From positions 17,368 to 81,367 of the forward strand of contig SLHA01000013.1 in NCBI GenBank assembly GCA_007136405.1: 64,000 nucleotides of DNA. The letters run 5' to 3'. The DNA comes from Candidatus Latescibacterota bacterium. Its GTDB lineage: Bacteria; Latescibacterota; UBA2968; UBA8231. This document shows, piece by piece, positions 57,847-64,000 of the stretch. The position numbers and the translations under genes are program-made. How positions within the stretch are numbered: the stretch's first letter is position 1; every line of letters starts with the position of its first letter. The notes below the pieces were generated by a model, which saw only the letters and a program-made list of their open reading frames with translations, was not told where the DNA came from and ran no database searches.

Positions 57847-58986
57847 TTATGGGTGGGGCATGACGGGTTCGGCAGGTGATTTGAGACCGTGTCCCGTAAG
57901 TATACAGACGACGACCGCACCAGCCGGCAAAGGCATGTGGTGTTCCAGTCGCAGCAGACCGGGCCAGATGACGGCACTGGTGGGCTCGACGCCGAAGCCG
58001 GCCTGTGCCAGGGCGCGTTGGCCGGACAGGATATCGTCCTCATCTACGGTTACGACGGTTCCACGGGTACGGCGCAAGGCCTGCAGGACCTCTTTCCCGC
58101 GGGCGGGCGCCGGCAGGGCGATACCGGAGGCCACCGTAGGCCGCGAAGGAAACACCGGGGCAACCTGTTCGGCACCGGCGGTGAAGGCCCGGTACACGGC
58201 GTCCGCCAGACCGGACTGCACCGCCACCAGGCGCGGCAGGCGCGGTATTCGGCCAGCCCGGCGCAGGTCGCAGAAACCGCGGTACAGTCCCAGGAGTATA
58301 CTGCCCGCTCCTACCGGACAGACCACGGCAGCCGGCGCCACCCAACCGAGTTGCTCGGTGATCTCGAAGGCCATGGTTTTGACGCCGACCAGAAACAGGG
58401 GATGCCAGAGGTGCGAGGCATACACGGCGCCGGTGCGGGCGAGATATTCCCGCAGAGCCCGGGTGGCTTCTTGCCGCGGGCCCGGCACCCGTTCCAGGGC
58501 CGCTCCCGTGAGGGTGATCTGGGCCAGTTTGGCACCGGCGGTAGAGTCCGGACAGAAAACCCGCAGGTGGATGCCGGCACGGGCCGCATAGGCGGCCAGC
58601 GCGGCTCCGGCATTTCCCGACGAGTCCTCGACCGCGGCACGGACACCGGTCTGCCGCAGGTAGGACATCAGCACTGCCGCACCGCGATCCTTGTACGAAC
58701 CCGTCGGTAACTGGTATTCGCACTTGACCAGAACCTGCCGGCTGCCTGCCTGCAGCGGTAGAAGGGGGGTCATGAATTCCCCCAGCGACACCGGGGTGCC
58801 GACCTCTGGCAGGGCCTCCCGGTAGCGCCACATGGTCGGCGGCCGCCGGGCCAGATCGGTGGGCACGAATTCTGGCGTGGTGACCCCCTGATAGCTCAGC
58901 GGCCCGCGGCAGTCAGGACAACGGGGGTCGCGCGGAAGCTGGTCCAGTGTGGCGCCGCACACCTCACATGCGAAGGAACGGCTCAT
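57847..58986 (-). CDS. threonine-synthase-like PLP-dependent enzyme (TrpB/ThrC superfamily) with N-terminal Cys4 zinc ribbon
   Basis: CEVCGATL...CPDCRG zinc ribbon. PTGSYKDRGA (cf. TGSFKDRG, PLP-lysine). GNAGAALAAYAA glycine loop. Confidence 0.7.
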   Translation of the reverse strand: MSRSFACEVCGATLDQLPRDPRCPDCRGPLSYQGVTTPEFVPTDLARRPPTMWRYREALPEVGTPVSLGEFMTPLLPLQAGSRQVLVKCEYQLPTGSYKDRGAAVLMSYLRQTGVRAAVEDSSGNAGAALAAYAARAGIHLRVFCPDSTAGAKLAQITLTGAALERVPGPRQEATRALREYLARTGAVYASHLWHPLFLVGVKTMAFEITEQLGWVAPAAVVCPVGAGSILLGLYRGFCDLRRAGRIPRLPRLVAVQSGLADAVYRAFTAGAEQVAPVFPSRPTVASGIALPAPARGKEVLQALRRTRGTVVTVDEDDILSGQRALAQAGFGVEPTSAVIWPGLLRLEHHMPLPAGAVVVCILTGHGLKSPAEPVMPHP

Positions 58987-59022
58987 GATTCCTCCAGGAT
59001 GAGTTCCTGGCCGGCGGTGGTT

Positions 59023-59796
59023 TCAAGCTAGCGGTTTCAGCTGTTCCAGCACCCGGGTCACCAGGATCTCGTTGCCCGCTACCAGGCCGCCATGGAGAAC
59101 GATGTCCGGCTGATTGTAGGTGCGTGTCCGACCACCCGGAAACTGCAGGTCCCCCCCGGCCTCCCGTACCAGAAGATCGCCGGCGCACACGTCCCATTCG
59201 TTCCGATCCTGCCGGCACACGTACAGATCGCTCCGGCCTGCCGCTACCAGGGCGAGCTGGTACGCTGTATTGCGCGCCGGCCGGATGTCGCGAAAGACCG
59301 TTCGCATACGGTGGCAGATCCCCATGCCGTTACGACTGCGGCCGATACGGGCGACGGCACACCGGGTTTCAGTGATCTCCGTGCAGAAGATGCGGCGGCC
59401 GTTCAGGAAAGCACCTCCGTGACGCAGCGCGACGAACATCTCAGCGGTTGCCGGGTTGTGAACGGCGCCCAGAATGGGGTTGCCATGCCGGACCAGCGCC
59501 ACCGATAGCACGGGTACCGGTTCTGGCGTGCCCTGCACGAATGCGTCCGAACCGATCACCGGAGCGACGATCCAGACATGGTCACAGTGCAGGCGTTCAG
59601 CGGTGTTCGCTGTCTGCCAGGTCAACCAGCCGCAACCGGGATGGATGGGATGCAGCGACTCTCTCAGGCAGGTCAACGCATCGGCGCGGGCGGAAGTTGA
59701 CGGCAAGACCCCCATGCCGAGAACCCGGGGCTCCCCGCACAACACCTTACCCGCGATCTGTACCGCCTGGATTACCGCATCGAGGATGGCGCGCAC
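59023..59796 (-). CDS. inositol-monophosphatase/CysQ-family protein with substituted metal-ligand motifs (possible pseudoenzyme)
   Basis: Overall IMPase-family collinearity and an intact EWDVCAGDLLVREAGG motif. The DPIDGT motif reads APVIGS and the upstream GEE region is divergent. Confidence 0.6.
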   Translation of the reverse strand: MRAILDAVIQAVQIAGKVLCGEPRVLGMGVLPSTSARADALTCLRESLHPIHPGCGWLTWQTANTAERLHCDHVWIVAPVIGSDAFVQGTPEPVPVLSVALVRHGNPILGAVHNPATAEMFVALRHGGAFLNGRRIFCTEITETRCAVARIGRSRNGMGICHRMRTVFRDIRPARNTAYQLALVAAGRSDLYVCRQDRNEWDVCAGDLLVREAGGDLQFPGGRTRTYNQPDIVLHGGLVAGNEILVTRVLEQLKPLA

Positions 59797-59893
59797 GGAT
59801 TACCTGATGGAGATGGATCACCTGACGGAAGCCTTGTGCAGTACATCCGTTAACACCGCACAATCTACAGGCGGATTCACCTGCGGCCAACCC

Positions 59894-59926
59894 GTGGGAA
59901 AAAAAATCCCCACATCCCTGTGGGGA
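59894..59926. other. overlapping inverted repeats GTGGGA-A8-TCCCCAC and CCCCAC-ATCCCT-GTGGGG
   Basis: Directly visible in the divergent intergenic region 59797..60135. Confidence 0.5.
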
Positions 59927-60135
59927 AAACAACCGGACATCCGTGTCCGCGGGAAAGCCGGGCCGTTGCACCGGCACAACCTCCACTGGTCCCTTATATC
60001 GGCAGCACCAAGGCGTCCTTTAGGATTGACAGTCGCATGGAGGCCGGATAGATTCCGTGCGGTGCGGTGAAACAGCGGTATCTATTCGTATCCTCCCGGC
60101 TGGTGGGCCGCCAGCGAATATTGCGGAGATGCTTC

Positions 60136-60810
60136 ATGAGAAGCTTGTCAGCGGCGCTGTTCGTCGCCCTGGTGTGGTGCCCGGCCCGGATGGCGCTCGG
60201 GGATGTTTCGGTGGACAGCACACGCGCGGTGCTGCTGCAGATGCAGCAGCAGGCGATCCGGGGTGAAATCGTCCTGAGCAGCGGACAGCGGGCCATGGTT
60301 CGGGTGGACACGGTGCGCGCAGACAGTGTGGTGGTGCGCCAGCGGCTGGGGCCGCTGTACCAGCAGTATGCCGTGTACGCTCTGGCGGATGTGGATTCGG
60401 TCTACAGGCACCCTCTGTCGCCACGGCAGGTCGAGCCGCCGGCATCCAAGCTGTCCATGCCGACCGCACTGGGGCTCGAGCTTCTGGTTCCGGGAGCCGG
60501 ATACCTGTACGCCGGGGAGAAGGGTACGGCACTGAGCCTGGCAGGGATGTCGGTCGCTGCCGCCGTGACGGCTCTGGCCACGGGGACAGACGGCGCCGCC
60601 GCCTGGATCCCGGCGGTGGCCTGGATGAAGATCGCTGCCATCCTCGATGTGCGAGACCGGGTACGGGCCGTCAATCACAGCGGTACCGTGCACCATGGAC
60701 GGGCACACGCCTCGGCGCAACCGGACCTTTACCGGAACGGACTGCCTTCCGGTTATCCCGCCTTCCGGATACGGTGGTCGCTCAGCGTCGGTCGGCGCGG
60801 TCCGTTCTGA
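60136..60810 (+). CDS. hypothetical secreted/membrane protein
   Basis: Signal-like N-terminus MRSLSAALFVALVWCPARMALG and a hydrophobic region near residue 150. No domain recognised. Confidence 0.4.
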   Translation: MRSLSAALFVALVWCPARMALGDVSVDSTRAVLLQMQQQAIRGEIVLSSGQRAMVRVDTVRADSVVVRQRLGPLYQQYAVYALADVDSVYRHPLSPRQVEPPASKLSMPTALGLELLVPGAGYLYAGEKGTALSLAGMSVAAAVTALATGTDGAAAWIPAVAWMKIAAILDVRDRVRAVNHSGTVHHGRAHASAQPDLYRNGLPSGYPAFRIRWSLSVGRRGPF

Positions 60811-60868
60811 GCCTCAAAGACTGCGGTCACGGTCTCCGGGCTGAACAGTCGGTGTCGCCAGGACCGGA

Positions 60869-61996
60869 TCAGTCGCGCAGCGCCTCGGCATAGCGCACCC
60901 CTGCGTCGATATACAACAGCCAATTTCGGATCTCGGCCGGTGTCGGATCGACGTTTTCCATGTACCCCGAACTGGGGCACAGGATGAACCGCTGGCCCCG
61001 GCCCGCGTCCAGCGCCTGCCGGATCTTGTCCTGCAGCTCGGGTGCGCTCGCGGTCATCAGGTCGTGCGTCTCGATGTTGCCTTCCAGCCCCATCCGTCCC
61101 TGAACCGTATCGAAGGCTTCCGCCAGGCTGATATCACCCATGGGCGGGGGTTCGATCGGATTGAGCACATCGATACCCATGTCGGCGAACCGCTGCAGAA
61201 CGGCGCGCATGCGTCCGTGCGCGTGTACCCATACGCGTCCGCCCGCCTGGTGTATGCGCGTGATCAGCGGGGCATCGAGCTGGAAAACATAGCGCTCGAA
61301 GGCCGACGGGGGCATCAGCGGCGGAATGCACAATTCGGGTCCGACCCAGCCGAACACGCCGCGGATGCCTGCGTCGATGGCTGCCTGAGCGTGCGCCTGC
61401 AAGCGGTGGCTGAACAGCTCCATGGCTTCCAGCAACAGATCCTCTGCTTCCAGACTCCATAACGCCAAAGATTCCGAGCCCATCAGGCGCTGCAGTCCGT
61501 ACATGGCGTGGTCCAGGGAAAACACCGGCAGGCCCGCATCGCCGAGTTCGCGGTCGAGACGCCAGTGAGGCGAAGCGTCGAAGGGATGGGGCTCGTACGG
61601 CATGGAGAGCAGCCGGCGGATATCCGCCGGCTCTTTCAACAGGTGTTCCCGGATGTATCCCGGCCGGCGACAGGTGCTGGCACGAAAGACCTCCTGCAAG
61701 TCTCCTTCAGGGGTGTGATAGGTGGTGATGCGCAACTCCCAGGCAGGGTCTTCGGTGGGCTCTATGCGGGAGTCCACGAGCTGGGAAGCGAAACGGCCGC
61801 AGTACAGGTTGAACGGGGAGCCGGTATGACGAAACAGGTCCGTCATGTCCACCGCGCGGTCCCGAACCGGCTCGAAGGCCGGGTGTATGCAGGGATCCTG
61901 TCTGGAGCCCGCGCCCCAGACCTTGACAGCGGGGCGATCCGGCGTCCGGCCGTGGAATATGGCGGTCAGTCGCTCTCTGCGGGTCATCGATACCAT
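60869..61996 (-). CDS. uroporphyrinogen-decarboxylase (UroD)-family protein
   Basis: Start MVSMTRRERLTAIFHGRTPDRPAV matches the UroD-like N-terminus; C-terminal GIDVLNPIEPPPMGDISLAEAF. The ORF-track N-terminal Arg-rich extension was rejected. Confidence 0.6.
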   Translation of the reverse strand: MVSMTRRERLTAIFHGRTPDRPAVKVWGAGSRQDPCIHPAFEPVRDRAVDMTDLFRHTGSPFNLYCGRFASQLVDSRIEPTEDPAWELRITTYHTPEGDLQEVFRASTCRRPGYIREHLLKEPADIRRLLSMPYEPHPFDASPHWRLDRELGDAGLPVFSLDHAMYGLQRLMGSESLALWSLEAEDLLLEAMELFSHRLQAHAQAAIDAGIRGVFGWVGPELCIPPLMPPSAFERYVFQLDAPLITRIHQAGGRVWVHAHGRMRAVLQRFADMGIDVLNPIEPPPMGDISLAEAFDTVQGRMGLEGNIETHDLMTASAPELQDKIRQALDAGRGQRFILCPSSGYMENVDPTPAEIRNWLLYIDAGVRYAEALRD

Positions 61997-62052
61997 GGGT
62001 CTACATTCCTGTCGCCATCCAGGTTGCCTGCGCAGGGCGGCCATGCCGGCTT

Positions 62053-62820
62053 TCAGCCGTGGCGCGCGGCGTCCATATTGCGCTGCAGGCCCTGGATGAA
62101 GTGAGTGATGACGGCTCCAATGATTACCAGGTCGAAACCGGCCTTGAACCAGCGTCGGGCATCCTCGCCGCTGCCGGTCACCATGCCGGCCCAGCGCCCC
62201 CCGGCGTGAGCGGCGTCGCACACCCGTTGAATCGCTTCCAGATGAGCGGGTGCTTCCATGTACCGATCGACCAGTCCCATGGTATGTGCCAGGTCATAGG
62301 GCCCCACCATGAGTGCATCCAGCCATGCATGGGTGGCGGCTGTCGGCGCGAATTCAACGCCCTTGGGGGTCTCGATCTGGCCCATGAGAAACTGGTTGTC
62401 CTCCAGTTGCCGCCAGTCGGCGGAGCCGGTGCCATCCACGGCCATGATGGCTGGGCCGCCCATGCCATGGCGTCCTCTGGGCGGACAGAAGGCCGCGGCC
62501 TGCAAGGTGTCCAGTTGCTCCTGGTTTTCGACCCAGGGCACCATGAGTCCGCCGGCGCCCAGGTCCAGCGCCCGTTTGATCGGCGCCATGGCGCACCGCG
62601 CCGGACGAATCAACAACGGCAGGTCCAGCAGCCGTGCCGTGCGGCAGAGCTCCTCGCCGCGTTGCTGACCGGGAAAACCGTGCTCCAGGTCCAGTACCAG
62701 GAAATCCACACCCTGCTTGCGGCATATCTCCAGGTATCCGGGCCAGAAGTCGAAAGTCATCAGCAGTCCCACGGCCTGGTGGCCGCGGCGTAGTTTGTCC
62801 TTGAGCGAACTCGCCAGCAT
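62053..62820 (-). CDS. HpcH/HpaI-family aldolase (2-keto-3-deoxy sugar-acid aldolase-like)
   Basis: LKDKLRRGHQAVGLLM...DFLVLDLEHG...MVPWVEN...GQIETPKGV is the family pattern. Start at MLASSLKDKL. Confidence 0.7.
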   Translation of the reverse strand: MLASSLKDKLRRGHQAVGLLMTFDFWPGYLEICRKQGVDFLVLDLEHGFPGQQRGEELCRTARLLDLPLLIRPARCAMAPIKRALDLGAGGLMVPWVENQEQLDTLQAAAFCPPRGRHGMGGPAIMAVDGTGSADWRQLEDNQFLMGQIETPKGVEFAPTAATHAWLDALMVGPYDLAHTMGLVDRYMEAPAHLEAIQRVCDAAHAGGRWAGMVTGSGEDARRWFKAGFDLVIIGAVITHFIQGLQRNMDAARHG

Positions 62821-62921
62821 GATCTCCTCCTGCCGCGCTTGACCCCCGCCCGTGGTCCGCTGCATATTGGGATGCGTTGCAGTCTCTGATGCCAGCGATA
62901 AACACAAGGAGAGCCGGTGCC

Positions 62922-64000
62922 ATGCGCAAGGGCGAACAGGTGGTCATCTACCAGGATTCGGAGTATTACGCCGCTTTTCCATCCATCGTTTCCCGGCCTG
63001 ACGGCGAATTGCTGGTGGCCTTCCGCCGGGCACCGGACCGGCGTGCCTACGGTGCGCCAGGTTGCACGCACTGCGACCCCAACAGCTACCTGGTGCTGGT
63101 CCGCTCACGGGATTTAGGGCGCACCTGGTCCACCGAACCGGAGTCGATCTACGCGCATCCTCTAGGCGGATCGCAGGATCCATGCATGGTTCAGCTGGAT
63201 GACGGGTCACTGCTGGTCACCAGTTACGCCTGGATGCTGCTGCCGGCAGAGGGCGTCGAGCCGGCCCGAGGTAAGACGCCCGCGCCCTTTGGCTGGAATT
63301 TCACCTTTCTGGGCGGATATCTCATGCGGTCCTATGACGCCGGCATGAGCTGGGAAGGCCCCATCATTCCTCCGGAAGTGCAGGGGCAGGCCACCTCGTA
63401 TCCAGGCATCCCGCTGCCGGCGATGAATCGCGGCGCCATGGTGCAGGGCCAGGATGGCCGGCTATACTGGGCGGTGGCGGTGGATCCGGCCGAGGCTCCC
63501 GGGCGGACCCGCCTGGAACTGCTGGTGTCGGATACTTTTGGCGAGCAGTGGGACCCCGTCAGTCGCATAGCCGCTGACGACCAGGTCGTCTTCAACGAGA
63601 CCTCCCTGGTGGAGACCGCGGCCGGAGACCTGGTGGCCTTCGTGCGAACCGCCGACTACGACGATCACGGGGTGGTGGTCCGGTCGCGCGATCACGGTGC
63701 AACCTGGGAACGCTGGGAAGACATGGGTATCGTCGGACATCCGTACCATGCTCTGCGCCTGCCGGATGACCGGGTTTTTCTGCTGTACGGGTACCGGCAC
63801 CAGCCTTACGGCATACGTGCCCGGGTACTGGATCCGGATTGCACGAATTTCACCGGCGAGGAGCTGGTGCTGCGTGACGATGGCGGCAGCGGCGATCTGG
63901 GCTATCCCTGGGCCTGTATGACGTCCGACGGTCGCGTGCTGGCCGTGTACTACTTCAACGAGCAGGATGGTCCGCGTTACATCGGCGGCACGTTCCTGGA
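62922..64000 (+). CDS. BNR-repeat / exo-alpha-sialidase-like glycoside hydrolase (3' end beyond window)
   Basis: Hand-translated from ATG ~62922 (AAGGAGAG Shine-Dalgarno upstream): MRKGEQVVIYQDSEYYAAFPSIV... with BNR/Asp-box motifs SRDLGRTWS and SRDHGATWE. Open to the window end and not in the ORF track because it has no stop. Confidence 0.65.
   Translation, partial: MRKGEQVVIYQDSEYYAAFPSIVSRPDGELLVAFRRAPDRRAYGAPGCTHCDPNSYLVLVRSRDLGRTWSTEPESIYAHPLGGSQDPCMVQLDDGSLLVTSYAWMLLPAEGVEPARGKTPAPFGWNFTFLGGYLMRSYDAGMSWEGPIIPPEVQGQATSYPGIPLPAMNRGAMVQGQDGRLYWAVAVDPAEAPGRTRLELLVSDTFGEQWDPVSRIAADDQVVFNETSLVETAAGDLVAFVRTADYDDHGVVVRSRDHGATWERWEDMGIVGHPYHALRLPDDRVFLLYGYRHQPYGIRARVLDPDCTNFTGEELVLRDDGGSGDLGYPWACMTSDGRVLAVYYFNEQDGPRYIGGTFL

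Noticed and set aside
1-64000. CRISPR arrays and mobile elements
   Set aside because: I saw no regularly spaced repeat-spacer array, no transposase, integrase or recombinase ORF, and no terminal inverted repeats flanking a gene. The repeats found are short tandem or direct repeats inside or between chromosomal genes.

Overview
High-GC (roughly two-thirds G+C by eye) bacterial chromosomal segment, densely coding, about 50 protein-coding genes on both strands. I found no rRNA, tRNA, tmRNA, RNase P, SRP RNA, CRISPR array, transposase or integrase. Most genes are housekeeping: dapF, yicC, an archaeal-type cmk-like kinase, coaBC, a family-4 UDG, dnaB, yigZ, glcD/glcF, serC, thrS, proS, nadC, iscS/nifS-like, aspC. 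Interspersed is a large carbohydrate and sugar-acid catabolic repertoire: at least five Gfo/Idh/MocA oxidoreductases, a xylose-isomerase-like TIM barrel, an enolase-superfamily enzyme, an Ldh_2 oxidoreductase, an HpcH aldolase, two UroD-like proteins, a bicupin, a BNR/sialidase-like protein, an Ogl-like propeller, an alpha-glucan phosphorylase and a GT-B glycosyltransferase. Three loci stand out. (1) A minus-strand Mce/Mla-type ABC lipid-transport operon (MCE protein, PqiC-like lipoprotein, predicted OM beta-barrel, STAS-fused MlaE permease, MlaF ATPase) lies divergent from a 1414-aa four-domain lipid megaenzyme (fatty-acyl reductase, acyl-CoA ligase, carrier-protein motif, glycerolipid acyltransferase; ElbD-like ether-lipid-synthase architecture with unusual domain order and degenerate motifs). 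(2) An overlapping-gene operon encodes a SprT-like HExxH protein, a secreted peptidase-MA + TolB-like beta-propeller + Omp85 beta-barrel fusion, and a BamB-like PQQ-propeller lipoprotein. (3) A minus-strand operon encodes an IMPase-family protein whose metal-ligand residues are substituted, a ThrC-like PLP enzyme with an N-terminal zinc ribbon, a UroD-like protein, a Gfo-like oxidoreductase lacking GxGxxG, and a bicupin. Smaller oddities are an internally deleted PfkB kinase remnant, an intrinsic terminator about 35 nt upstream of thrS, several tandem or direct DNA repeats in intergenic regions, a perfect 8-4-8 palindrome upstream of the iscS locus, and a His/Asp-rich acidic-repeat lipoprotein. 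Start positions are from the ORF track adjusted to family-typical N-termini; the annotated intergenic tracts were scanned by eye, not exhaustively; all functional calls are by motif recall without database search.
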